The notes: generated from the letters alone by a model not told the origin. Positions 24,075 through 35,264 are shown, counted from the first letter of the stretch. The stretch: 64,000 nt of DNA from Dictyostelium discoideum (GCA_000004695.1 CM000150.2:3488001-3552000), one strand, 5' to 3'. Translations and numbers: made by a program.

Positions 24075-26549
24075 TTATTGTTTATCTTTACCATAGACTT
24101 TATTAAGATCATTATTTTCCATACCAAATTCCATTAATACTTTTTCTTGTTGTTTACCCTTTGGAAGTTCAACAGCCTCAGTCCAAGTAGGTTTAAATCT
24201 TAATTCTTTGCTAGCTTCATACTCATCGTAGACTTGTTGTAACTCTTCTTTAGTGTAAGTACCATTCAACCATTTGTTGTATTCTTCCAACTCTTGATTG
24301 GTGAGACTATATACATTTGGATTATAAATTGTGAAAGTACCATTCTTGTAGGAGAAGATACCTAAAGATTTAGCTTGTCTAATGGTTTTAACGATCTTCT
24401 TTTGATGTTTTAAACAATTACCACTGAAATGTCTTGGAAGCATATCACCGGCTTTATTTAAATAGATGGAAAGGAAAGGAGTATTGAGTGGATCAACTTG
24501 CCAATTTGGATTTTGACAAAGGAGACATTTTGGATTCTTTTTTTTTGGTGTAAATAATTTACCAGTGACAGGATGATAGATTGGTGGATCGATATTTGAT
24601 AGGGAACCTTGAGAAACCTCTTGAACGATTTCATTCATAGTTGAAGTGTGATCGTTGTATTCTTGTTCCTTCTTTTGATCGAGTAACTCTTTTTGTTGAT
24701 CGTATTTGTATTTAATGAAATTACGAATCATCATTGGATCTCTGGTCTCGAGTAAATCTTTTTGGAGTTGTTTCTCATTTTCATAGAGTTTAGCTTTGTA
24801 CTCTTCCATGAAAAGGTGGGATTCATATTGTGGTTGATCATTGACGAGATCGATCTTGGTTTGGAAATCATTTAAAAGACCCTCTTGAATGACTCTATCT
24901 TTGAATGCTTTAACCATTGGTGAATCCTCTTTGGTGACCAATACTCTATCCTCTGGGAGCATAATTTCATGGGTTGGGAACTCTTCAGCTTCATTTGGTG
25001 AAAGAGTGACGTGATCACGGAATGAATCACCTAACATCATTGTTCTCCTCTCCTTTTCATTTTCAAGATATTCATAGACTGCGTCCATATATTTACCTTC
25101 AGAAGGTAAGTTAAGACTATATTCAACTAAATCACTACCAAACATATCAATGAAAGTATGTAAGGCATCCATTTCTGATAGAGAAAACTCTTCCAAGATC
25201 TCTTCAACCTCTCTTGCTGATCCTTTTCCATTGGTAAAGCAAATCAACTTGTTGGCAGCGGATTTCAATTTATCAAGTTTTTTTTGACTCTTTACATCCT
25301 CTTCATACAATTTCTCGTATGGCATGGTGAAACCATCATCGAATTGTTTCAATAATTGACCATCTTGATAGATGTAATTACCAGAGTTTTCACTCGAGAA
25401 ATCCAATGAATAACGAGTTAAATCTTCAATACCAAGTGGTTGTTGTAAAAGTTTTTTCATATCAATTGAACCATCCTTTTGAATTGCACCTGCCTCTTTA
25501 GCTTTATATCTTAAAATAGTATTATTTCTAAAGAGAATATCCAATCTCTTCTGCTCCAATGATGAATTGAATTTATAATCTTTTGCTATCTCTTTAATTT
25601 GTAAATCTAAAATCTTTTGTTGAGCTATTCCAATGACTTTTTTCTCTTTCTCTGATAATTCAACTTGAGAGTCGAGTTGGTCGTCATCGGCTTCATTCAC
25701 CATTGAAAATGACTTTAAAGTTTCTGCTGAAATTTCAAAATCATCTCTAAATATTAATTTATCTTTTAATGGAATACCATCATCGAGGAAATTCATAACC
25801 ATGAGTTTAAATTGTGGGTCTTTGTTTGATTGATCTTCCATCTTTTCAATTAACATTTTGATTTTACTTTCTTTATTCTCTAATGAAAATTCTTCATCAT
25901 GATCTTCTTCATCAAGTTGATCAATTTCTTCATCTATTCCTCCAACTTTTTGATCTGCAACCAATGGTGATGGGAATGCATCACGCAAAATTGGGTCATA
26001 TCTGATTTTTTCGGTTTGTGTAACTTTGTGGATTGGAATTTTCATACCAGTGGTTTCATCAATTGGTCTTTTAGATTCAAATTCTTTCTCTTTATCTTTT
26101 TTTAATTTCTCTGCTTCGGCATCCAAGAGACCGTTGGCTTTAAAACGTTCAAATTCAAATTTATTCACTGATGCAAGTTGTGATCTAGTGACAACACCTT
26201 TTTTCTCTAAAAATCTCTTCCACAATTGTAATTCTGCTTCTTTTTGTTCTTTACTTTGTATTGAGAATTGTTCAATCTTTGGATCTAATGCATTTTCAAT
26301 TGATGAAACTTGTTGTTGAAGATTATTAACTGTATCTAATTGTCCTAAAAGTCTTGATTTTGTTATCTCTTTAATTAATTCTGATTTCTTTTTAATTAAT
26401 TCTCTATTCTCTTTAAATTTTTCAAATGATATTGAATGATCATGATTACCACTATGATCATTACAATAATTTCTTGTAATTGAAATTTGACCTTTATTTT
26501 TTAAAAATAAATTTTTATTTTTAATTGATAATCTTATTATTGATTGCAT
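24075..26549 (-). CDS. 824-aa coiled-coil protein with a C-terminal ribosomal protein S18 fold (putative mitochondrial S18-family protein with a giant N-terminal extension)
   Basis: C-terminus KKKNPKCLLCQNPNWQVDPLNTPFLSIYLNKAGDMLPRHFSGNCLKHQKKIVKTIRQAKSLGIFSY aligns position-by-position with bacterial S18 (RRRKFCRF..IDYKD...[42 protein letters not shown]). The N-terminus MQSIIRLSIKNKNLFLKNKG is presequence-like. The remainder is K/E-rich coiled coil. Confidence 0.6.
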   Translation of the reverse strand: MQSIIRLSIKNKNLFLKNKGQISITRNYCNDHSGNHDHSISFEKFKENRELIKKKSELIKEITKSRLLGQLDTVNNLQQQVSSIENALDPKIEQFSIQSKEQKEAELQLWKRFLEKKGVVTRSQLASVNKFEFERFKANGLLDAEAEKLKKDKEKEFESKRPIDETTGMKIPIHKVTQTEKIRYDPILRDAFPSPLVADQKVGGIDEEIDQLDEEDHDEEFSLENKESKIKMLIEKMEDQSNKDPQFKLMVMNFLDDGIPLKDKLIFRDDFEISAETLKSFSMVNEADDDQLDSQVELSEKEKKVIGIAQQKILDLQIKEIAKDYKFNSSLEQKRLDILFRNNTILRYKAKEAGAIQKDGSIDMKKLLQQPLGIEDLTRYSLDFSSENSGNYIYQDGQLLKQFDDGFTMPYEKLYEEDVKSQKKLDKLKSAANKLICFTNGKGSAREVEEILEEFSLSEMDALHTFIDMFGSDLVEYSLNLPSEGKYMDAVYEYLENEKERRTMMLGDSFRDHVTLSPNEAEEFPTHEIMLPEDRVLVTKEDSPMVKAFKDRVIQEGLLNDFQTKIDLVNDQPQYESHLFMEEYKAKLYENEKQLQKDLLETRDPMMIRNFIKYKYDQQKELLDQKKEQEYNDHTSTMNEIVQEVSQGSLSNIDPPIYHPVTGKLFTPKKKNPKCLLCQNPNWQVDPLNTPFLSIYLNKAGDMLPRHFSGNCLKHQKKIVKTIRQAKSLGIFSYKNGTFTIYNPNVYSLTNQELEEYNKWLNGTYTKEELQQVYDEYEASKELRFKPTWTEAVELPKGKQQEKVLMEFGMENNDLNKVYGKDKQ

Positions 26550-27588
26550 TTTTTTTTTTTTTTTTTTTTCTATAATAATTGATAAAAAAAAAATTAAAAA
26601 AAATAAACAAATAATAAATAAAAAATAAAAAAAAAAAAAAAAATTTCAAAAAAACGAAAAAAGTTTGCTCAAAATCAAAAAAAAAAAAAAAAAAAAAAAT
26701 AGCTTTGAAAAAAAAAAAAAAAAAAAAATAATTTATTTTTTTATTTTTTTATTTTTTTTTTTTTCCAAAATGAATTTCATTTTTTTATTTTTATTTAATT
26801 TCTGATAAAAATAATTTAATGTTATTTATTTTTTAATATGAATTTAGTATAGATAAATAGAGAACTTTAAAATACACAAAATCATATAAAATAAAATAAA
26901 AAATAAAAAATAATTGTATCCATTTTGTTTTTTGAATTTTTTTTTTTTTTTTTTATTTCAACCAAAATTTCGGGCTTAAATAATTTTTTGTAATTGTTTT
27001 TTTATTTTGATGAACAAAGAATAGGGAATATATTTATATAAAAATAGATTTTTTAAAAAAATAAAAAAATAAAAAAATGATTTGATTGAATTGGTTTATT
27101 TTTTATTAAAATATCTAAATTTTTTTTTTTATTTTATTTTATTTTATTTTTTTTTTTTTAATGCAATAAATGAGGATTATTTATTTGGGTTTGGATTTGA
27201 AAAAAAAAAAACAAATTTCAAACAAATAATCTTCACTTATTGCATTAAAAAAAAAAATAATAAAAAAAAATAAAAAAAAAGAAATAATAACAGAAATAAA
27301 AAGAAATAAAAAGATGAAAAAAAAAGTTCACACAAAACTAAAAAAAAAAAAAAACAGAAATAAAAAAAGTTTGAAAAAAAAAAAAATTAATGCATTGAAT
27401 TTTTAGGCGATTCATGAAAGTTTCAAAAAAATTTAAAATTGTCAAACTTGCTCAATTCGAATGATGATGAAATTGATAATGACTTTTCCAACCGAAAAAA
27501 AAAAAAAAGACAGTTTTATTTTAGATATTTATTATTTTTTTTTTTTTTTTGATTTTTTTTATTTTTATTTTTAATTTTTCTTTTTTCT

Positions 27589-27631
<43 letters not shown>

Positions 27632-27794
27632 ATATCAGATATATAAACAATATTATTATTTATAATTATTTTTTTTTTTTTTTTTTTCTTAATTTATATA
27701 TGCATGTAATATATATTTTTTTATTTTATTTTATTTATAAATAGTTTTTTTTTGATCAAAAAAATAAAAAAAAAAAAAAAGAAAAACAAATAAA

Positions 27795-29258
27795 ATGTTT
27801 TCAAAAAAAATATCATTGTATAATAAAACTAATGGAAAAAAAGATAATTCATCAAAAGTATTTTTATTTGTAATATTATTTGTTGTTTTAGTAATTGTTT
27901 TTGTGCAAAGTTTAAGTATTTCACAATTTAACAATGAAATCTCACAAACAACCTCAATAACTATAGATACTAAAGAAAGTAATGATAATAATAATTTAAT
28001 TATTAATAAAAATAATAATAATGAAAATATAAATAATAATAATAATAATGATAATAATGAAAGTGATGAAGATGCATTATTAAGAAAACAACATCAAGAA
28101 TTTAAAGAAGCAGAAGAGAAAGCAAATAAAGGAAAAAGTTTATCATATGCAACAAGATCATATGCAACTAGAAAACCAAAAGAAAAATCAGAACAACAAA
28201 TTGAAAATGAAAAATTAACATTATTAGAGAAAGATATTTTAAGAGGTAGAGTTTTTAAAGAGTTTAAAGATGAAGTTGAAATATTAAAGAGTCTTGACAC
28301 TGATCCAGGTTATGCAAGCATATTGAATTTACCAGATTATAAGCCACCAACAGGTGACGAATTGGTAGACAAAGTTAAAGATACCACATGGAAATTAAGT
28401 AAAGAGGAAAACCCATTCTATTTACCAAAACCACATATTTTCATCCACGTTCCAAAGGCAGCAGGAAGCAGTTTGGGTGGAATTTTCAAGAGAAATGAAA
28501 AGCGTGATAAATTTGCGCACCATTGGAAACATCCATCCTATTCAGAACTTGAAAGTACTATGCAAAAAGATTCAATTTTCGGACATATTAGATACGGTCT
28601 TCATTTCTATTTCAATGATAATGACCCAACTAGAGTACCAGAGAATCCATATGGTTTAAATAAGTATTCCTATATGACAATGTTAAGAGAACCAGTGGAT
28701 AGAGTCATCTCAAATTACTATTATCATAGACAAAATAGAAAAGATCCATTCCATGAATTAGCAATGAATCATAATTTAACAGAATGGATTAAAGTTGCTG
28801 CAGCTGGTAATAATGAGCAAGCCAGAATGATTTGTGGTATGGGTTGGGAGGATTTCGGTAACCAAACCATCTACGATATGGCACTCCATCATTTAAAATA
28901 CACTTTTAAATTTGTCGGTATAACTGAACAATTTACAGAGAGTTTGGTTTTATTTTCCCATTATAGTGGTTTTCAAAATATTAGATACTCTAAAATCAAT
29001 ACCGGTAGACAAAGAGTATCTGTTGATAAAATTCCTGACGATTTAAGAAAAGAGATTGAAGAAAGAAATTGGATAGATGTTGCACTCTATAAAATGGCTT
29101 TAGATATCTATAATAAACAAATTGATCAAATTGGTAGAGATTTCTTTGAACAAGAAGTAGCCGCTTACAAAGATAGATATTTATCTGGAAAATATAAAGT
29201 ACCAAATATTTTACATACAACTAAACCAGTTGAACAAACTCAACAACAACAACAATAA
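27795..29258 (+). CDS. Type-II membrane (Golgi-type) carbohydrate sulfotransferase, Sulfotransfer_2-like (487 aa)
   Basis: An N-terminal signal-anchor (VFLFVILFVVLVIVFV), then the 5'-PSB motif IFIHVPKAAGSS and the 3'-PB motif LREPVDRVISNYYYH. Confidence 0.7.
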   Translation: MFSKKISLYNKTNGKKDNSSKVFLFVILFVVLVIVFVQSLSISQFNNEISQTTSITIDTKESNDNNNLIINKNNNNENINNNNNNDNNESDEDALLRKQHQEFKEAEEKANKGKSLSYATRSYATRKPKEKSEQQIENEKLTLLEKDILRGRVFKEFKDEVEILKSLDTDPGYASILNLPDYKPPTGDELVDKVKDTTWKLSKEENPFYLPKPHIFIHVPKAAGSSLGGIFKRNEKRDKFAHHWKHPSYSELESTMQKDSIFGHIRYGLHFYFNDNDPTRVPENPYGLNKYSYMTMLREPVDRVISNYYYHRQNRKDPFHELAMNHNLTEWIKVAAAGNNEQARMICGMGWEDFGNQTIYDMALHHLKYTFKFVGITEQFTESLVLFSHYSGFQNIRYSKINTGRQRVSVDKIPDDLRKEIEERNWIDVALYKMALDIYNKQIDQIGRDFFEQEVAAYKDRYLSGKYKVPNILHTTKPVEQTQQQQQ

Positions 29259-29399
29259 AAAAAAAAAAAAAAAAAAAAAAAAAATAAAAATTAAAAATTA
29301 AATTAAATTAAATTAAAAAAAAAAAAAAAAAGATTTAAAAAAGTTTAATATTTATTTGTTATTATTATTGTTTTTTAAAAAAGATAAAAAAATTTAAAA

Positions 29400-29872
29400 T
29401 TAATTTCTTAAAAATAATGATTTATCTAATGTCATTCCTAAAATTACCCAACCTGCCATAAACAAGAATCCACCAATTGGAGAAACACCCTATTATTAAG
29501 TTTTAAAAAATTTTAAAATTTTTAGTATTTTTTTTTTTTTACCAAAGTCTGGATAAATTTTTTTTTTTTTTTTTTTTTTTCTTTTTTCAAAATAATTACT
29601 ATTTTTCTATTTGTAAGTGATAAATTATATAATGATCCACTAAATAATAAAATTCCAGTTAAAAACATTGGACCAACAATATTTTGTTGTGTTGAGAATG
29701 GAACAAGGAATAAGGCAAATGAATGATAAAGATGGTATTGTTGTGCAGTTTTCCAAATATCTTGACGTGCTACATCAGTAACTTTTTTCTTTAATCCATG
29801 TCCACCATAAGCACCTGAAATAATAGCACTACAAGCGCTAATTCCACCAATTTTCCACCAAAGTTCGTTCAT
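29400..29872 (-). CDS. TMEM256 / DUF423 family small membrane protein, copy 1. Exons (minus): 29600..29872, 29400..29489.
   Basis: MNELWWKIGGISACSAIISGAYGGHGL...YHLYHSFALFLVPF matches the TMEM256 AYGAHG...HSLALL core. Exon 2 GVSPIGGFLFMAGWVILGMTLDKSLFLRN* matches the APAGGTLLLLGWLALAL tail. A GTAATT donor after RKI is conserved in both copies. An alternative GTAAAA donor after FIQTL exists in copy 1 only. Confidence 0.7.
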
Positions 29873-29892
29873 TTTTAATAATATTGAGATAA

Positions 29893-29923
<31 letters not shown>

Positions 29924-29940
29924 TTAAAAAAATTTTGGCC

Positions 29941-29972
<32 letters not shown>

Positions 29973-30241
29973 AAAAACATATCAAATCAAAATAATTAAA
30001 CTATTTTGTAATCATTCAAAAATAATTAAGATTAAAAAAAAAAAAAAAAAAATTAAATATAGAAATTTAAAAAAAATGAATTGTTTTGAGTGATTAAAAA
30101 AAAATAATTCAAAATAATAAAAAAAGTTAAAACACCATGGTGAAAATATTAATTTCCCAAAATACATCCACATAAAAAAAATATAATTATTGTGTGTTTG
30201 TATTATTATCCACTTTTGAATTTTATTTATTATTAATAAAT

Positions 30242-30306
<65 letters not shown>

Positions 30307-30420
30307 TAATTATTGGGCACAATTACACTAATAACTTAATCAATTAAGAAAAAATAAATAATAGGACAAAGGTAAATAAAATTTGAAAAATAAAAAAAAA
30401 AATATAAAAAAAAAAAGAAA

Positions 30421-30737
30421 TAATAATCATTTTCTTAATCTGATTCAGCGGTTCATTTGGTTTAGGTTAAACAGGTACAGGCTCATAAGGTATAAAGCAT
30501 TTATCCGGTACAGGTTTATTAGGTTCATCAAGTAAAAATGCATATTTAAGGTTTATCAGATTCAAAAATTTTAACATTTGATAGGTACAGGTTTAACAGG
30601 TACATGTTTATAAGGTACAGCTTAAGCAGGTTCATCAGGAACAGGTCTAACATGTTCATAGGGTTTATCAAGTTTTTAAAGTGCAGGTTAAACAGGTGCA
30701 GGCTTGACAATTTCATCAAGTTTTACAGTTTAACATA
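30421..30737. repeat. Degenerate period-8 repeat (units like AGGTACAG / AGGTTTAT / AGGTTCAT), about 40 units, ~40% GC
   Basis: Seen directly: ..caggtacaggctcataaggtataaagcatttatccggtacaggtttattaggttcatcaag.., with G/GT recurring every ~8 nt. It has no codon periodicity, is bounded by AT-rich DNA and abuts the duplication breakpoint at 30738. Confidence 0.6.
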
Positions 30738-30807
30738 TAGATATTTATCTGGAAAATATAAAATATTAAATATTTTACAAACAACTAACAACTCAAAAAT
30801 AAAATAA
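30738..30807 (+). pseudogene. Duplicated 3'-terminal fragment of the sulfotransferase CDS (copy of 29169..29230)
   Basis: atagatatttatctggaaaatataaaatattaaatattttacaaacaactaa matches gatagatatttatctggaaaatataaagtaccaaatattttacatacaactaa. The ORF 30604..30807 ends RYLSGKYKILNILQTTN against the parental DRYLSGKYKVPNILHTTK. Confidence 0.7.
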
Positions 30808-30934
30808 AATAAAATAAATTTAAATAAAATAATTATCTAATAAATTAAATTAAATTAAATAAAAAAAAAAAGATTAAAGAGAGTGTAAAATTTATTTATT
30901 GGTTTTTAAAAAAAAGGATGGAAAAAAATTAAAA

Positions 30935-31427
30935 TTAATTCTTCAAAAATAATGATTTATCTATAGTCATTCCTAAAATTACCCAACCTGCCATAAATGA
31001 TACTCCACCAATTGGAGGAAGTTTCTATAATTTTTAAAAAATAAAAATTTTAGTTTTTTTTTTTTTTTTTAATAATTACTATTTTTCTATTTGTAAGTGA
31101 TATATAATATAATGATAAATTTTTTTTTTTTTTTTTTTTTTTTTTAATAATTACTATTTTTCTATTTGTAAGTGATATATAATATAATGATCCACTAAAT
31201 AATAATATTCCACTTAAAAACATTGGGCCAACAATATTTTGTTGTGTTGAGAAGGGAACAAGGAATAAGGCAAATGAATGATAAAGATGGTATTGTTGTC
31301 CAATTTTCCAAATTTCTTGACGTGCCACATCGGGAACTTTTTTCTTTAATCCATGTCCACCATAAGCACCTGAAATTATAGCACTACAAGCAACAACTCC
31401 ACCAATTTTCCACCAAAGTTCATTCAT
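30935..31427 (-). CDS. TMEM256 / DUF423 family small membrane protein, copy 2 (tandem paralog, ~90% identical). Exons (minus): 31155..31427, 30935..31024.
   Basis: MNELWWKIGGVVACSAIISGAYGGHGLKKKVPDVARQEIWKIGQQYHLYHSFALFLVPF... Exon 2 is KLPPIGGVSFMAGWVILGMTIDKSLFLKN*. The same GTAATT/ATAG splice architecture. Flanking 3' sequence is homologous to copy 1. Confidence 0.7.
31069..31192. repeat. Tandem duplication of a ~46-bp unit (aataattactatttttctatttgtaagtgatatataatataatgat) at the exon1/intron boundary of TMEM256 copy 2
   Basis: Two copies are separated by a poly-T run. They duplicate the ..SLTNRKIVII exon end and its GTAATT donor (the ORF track shows ..SLYYISLTNRKIVII twice). Confidence 0.7.
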
Positions 31428-32579
31428 TTTTAATAGTATTGAGAAAATAAAAAAAAAAAAAAATTAAAATAAAATTTTATTTAAAAAAAAAAATATCATA
31501 TACAAAATTACAAAAAATGTTATATTAATATTTTTAAGCGTTGTATGAAAATATTAATTTTTATAAAAACAATAATAAAAAAAAAAGTATTTATTAGTGT
31601 GTTTATGTTATTATTCACTATTGAATTATTATCATAATTAATGAAAAAAAATTGATCTATTAGAAAAAGAATTAACCGGTAAAGTGGTTTATCTAGATTT
31701 TTTTAAAAATTGTAATGTTTATCTAATTAAGATTTAAAATATTTTTTTAGTCTGAAATTATAAAAAAGAATTACAAATTACATCAAAAACTAAAAATAAA
31801 CTAACGTTTAATGATAAAAAAATTAATAATTCCAATAATAATTGTCTTAATTATAATTTCATCTAAATTTCTTTTTTTTTAATTTACATTAATAAAAAAA
31901 AAAAAAAATTTTAATAAATGAAATTCATTTTTTTGGGTGTTTTTTGTTTTCCTTAATTTACATTAAAAAAAAATAAAAAAAATTAGCGGTGGGCAAAAAT
32001 CGGTTATTACTATTTATTATTATTGTGATTATTATTTTTATTATTATTTTTATTATTATGGGATGTTTTCAATCAAAATTTAATGGCCTGTCTATTACCA
32101 GAAGGTGTTCAAGTTTTTTATTTTTGTGATAATAAACAAGAATACAGGAACCCAATAAAGACTGTATTTTTATAAGATAGATTCATTCAAATTAAAAAAA
32201 AAACAGGGTGCACTATTACTAAAAAAAAAAAAAAAAAAACAAAAATAAAAAATAAAGGTGAAAAGATTTTTTTTTTATCGTTTGTAGATTTGTATTTTAA
32301 ATTTTTTTTTATTTTTTTTCTTGATTTGGTTTGGTTGGTGGGTTTTGAGATAACAATAAATTAATAGGTTTAAAAGTTGAATTTTATTTTAGGATGTGAA
32401 AAAAAATTTTCAAAATAATTATTATAATAATTCCTCACTCCTGATTTTTGGTTGGAAAGTTGATTTTTTTTTTTTTGGGTTATAATTCTTTGTTGATTTT
32501 TAATATTTTTTATTTAATGATTTAAATAAAATAAAATCCATTTATTAAGAAATGCGAAATAGAAAAAAAATAAAAATAA

Positions 32580-32613
<34 letters not shown>

Positions 32614-32869
32614 AATTGATAATTAAAAATAAAAAAATAAAAATTAAGTAATGAAAAATTAAATAATATAATTTAAATTTAATTAAAAAAGAAATTTTGT
32701 TTTTTTTTTTTGATGAAAGAATGATTCTTCACCTTCTTTGATCCTTTTAATCAAACTTAAAGTTTTAATAAAAAAAAATTAAAAAAATGAAATTCATTAA
32801 TTTTCTTTTAGTGTTTTTTAATTTTTTAATTTTTTGTTTTTTTTTTTTTTTTTTTTTAAAACTTTAAGT

Positions 32870-32904
<35 letters not shown>

Positions 32905-32959
32905 CTTTTTCTCACCATTGTCAGTAAGATCTTAGATTTCTATATATATACATTTAACA

Positions 32960-34817
32960 ATGATCAAAGCATTAGCAGCAGTTAAAAAACAAATTGAAGA
33001 AATAAATGAATGTAAGTTTTTATTTTTTATATTTTATTTTTTATTTTTTATTTTTTTTTTTCTTTATTAGTATCATCAAGTGACACTAATAATAAATTTT
33101 ATTATTTTTTTTTTAATTTTTTAATTTTTTTAATTTTTTTTATTTATTTTCTAAAATTAAAAAAGATGAAAAAAGAATTGGACCAGATTGTAATTTATCA
33201 CAATTCCAAGTAACATTAGAGAATTTTAATAAATTAAGACAAGCACAAAATGCAGTTATATTAGCTAAACAAAGTAAAGCAAATAGTGGTAAGATAGTTG
33301 AACCAACCGAAGCACAATTGGTAGCCAATTTCATTGAATGGTTAAAGGGTAAAGGATTTGATGAAAGTAAATGTAAAGTAAAGATTGATAGAAACACATC
33401 AGAGGGTACTGGTTTAGTTGCAACTCAAGACATTAAAGAGGGAGAGGATTTTGTAGAGATACCAAGCAACCTTTTCATTACGACTGCAGTAGCATTCCAG
33501 GGATTGGGAAAACCACCAATTTTAGAGAATGACCGTTTAATTCAATCGATTCCAGGTATTTTATTATCAATTTTTTTAGTTAAGGAATTGTCCAACCCAA
33601 CCTCTGAATGGGGACCATATATAAAACTATTACCAAAACAATACAACACCGTCTATTATTGGGGTCTCAAGGAGTTTACCCAATTCAGAGGCTCACCAAA
33701 TTTAGAGTATGCCATGAGATATGTTCGTGGTGCCATGCGTCAATATTGTTATCTCTACTCAATGATTGATCGTACTCAAAGTAATATTATGCCAATTTCA
33801 TCATTTACATGGGATGCCTTTGTTTGGGCCATTTCAACCGTTCAATCACGTCAAAATCCAGTCTATGCAGGTAATGGTAATGGTAGTATTATGGCTTTGA
33901 TTCCATTTTGGGATTTCTGTAATCACTCAAGCACCGGTAGCAAAATCACCTCATTCTATCACATGGATTCCAATTGTATGACCAGTGGCGCCATAAAGGA
34001 TTTTAAAAAGGGTGAGCAAGTTTACATGTTCTATGGACCACGTGATAACACTCAATTGTTAATGCATGCTGGTTTCGCAACTAAAACCAATCTCCATGAT
34101 TCTTATCCATTCGAATTACATTTGTTAGAAGGTAATCATGAAATTCGTCATGATAAAGTTCATCTCCTCGAAGAACGTGGTATTAGAGATGGTGTCGTTG
34201 TAAACTTAAATCAAAATCCAACCTCAAATGAACTCCCACTCGAATTGATTCCATTCTATCGTATCTATGCCCTCAGTGAACAAGAAACTCGTGCAATCGC
34301 ACCACCACAAGTACCTGGTGAACATAATCATCATCATGGCCATCAACTCGAACTTAAACCATTGGCTTTCAAAATTATCACTCAAGAGAATGAAGAGAAA
34401 GCTTATTCAAATTTGGTTCAAGCACTCAAAGGTAAACTTGCTTCTTATCCAACCACTTTAGAAGAGGATGAACAAGAATTGAAAAAGAATCCACCTGCAA
34501 ATCAAAGATTCATTTTATACACTAAAATCAATGAAAAGAAAATTTTAGATAGAAATATCAAATATCTTGAATCTTTAATTAAAAAAGGTGTTATGAATGT
34601 TACCTTCAAATTACCAGAATTAGTTGAACATACTGAACATGCTAATCATGATCATGAACATGGTGATAATTGTAATCATGAAGATCATGGTAGTCATGGT
34701 CATTCTCATGGTGGTGATGATAGTCATGGTCACTCTCATGGTGGTAATGATAATCATAATCATTCACATGGTGGTCATGGTCATTCACATCAACATGGTG
34801 CAAATTGTAACCATTAA
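32960..34817 (+). CDS. SETD3-like SET-domain protein methyltransferase with Rubisco-LSMT-type substrate-binding region and a His/Gly-rich C-terminal tail. Exons: 32960..33011, 33166..34817.
   Basis: Exon 1 MIKALAAVKKQIEEINE + T ends at a GTAAGT donor. The exon-2 acceptor is AAAAAG, giving ..YEKRIGPDCNLSQFQVTLENFNKLRQ.. like the SETD3 N-terminus. FIEWLKGKGF..GTGLVATQDIKEGEDFVEIPSNLFITT matches SETD3/LSMT FxxWL..GxGLxAxxDI..GE..xxIP. The tail HEHGDNCNHEDHGSHGHSHGGDDSHGHSHGGNDNHNHSHGGHGHSHQHGANCNH is in frame. Confidence 0.75.
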
Positions 34818-35264
34818 ATAAACAATCAAAAAAAAGTTAAAGAAAAGGAAAAAAAAAAAAAAAATATTAGAATACAATACAAATAATATATGTTTAGAAT
34901 TATCAAATGTAAAGGATCGAATAAATTCTATTTAAATAATTAAAAACTTTTCAAATTAATCAAATTATTGTGAAAATATCAAACTAATTTTCAAGATAAT
35001 TAATTTCTTTTTTTTTTTTTTTTATTCAAAAATTTTCTTTTTTATAATTTTTTTTTTTTTTCTTTTTTTTTTTTTTTTATGTTTATTAATATGCTAATTA
35101 AAAATAAATAGTACTATTATTTTTTTTATTGTTATTAATGTTATTATTTTATTATTATTATTATTATTAATTCCTTTGATGGTTTTTTTTTTTTTTTTTT
35201 TTTTTTTTCTTCTTTTTTTTTTTCTTCTTTTTTTTTTTTTTTTTATGCACCTATATGTATTATT

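Noticed and set aside
29530-29594. Alternative TMEM256 copy-1 donor after ..FIQTL (GTAAAA), which would add a poly-K insert but reproduce human ..SIQTLAPAGG
   Set aside because: It is not conserved in the tandem paralog, where the corresponding region lacks FIQTL. The GTAATT donor after ..NRKI is shared by both copies and gives a phase-0 join ending in TAA in both. It is kept as an alternative only.
33318-33320. Track ORF start codons taken as initiation sites (for example 33318, 46909, 36588, 55480, 56555)
   Set aside because: These M's are TTG or GTG in the DNA, lying inside exons or downstream of acceptors. The true starts are upstream ATGs in separate exons (SETD3 32960, G8 46468, RasGEF 56525).
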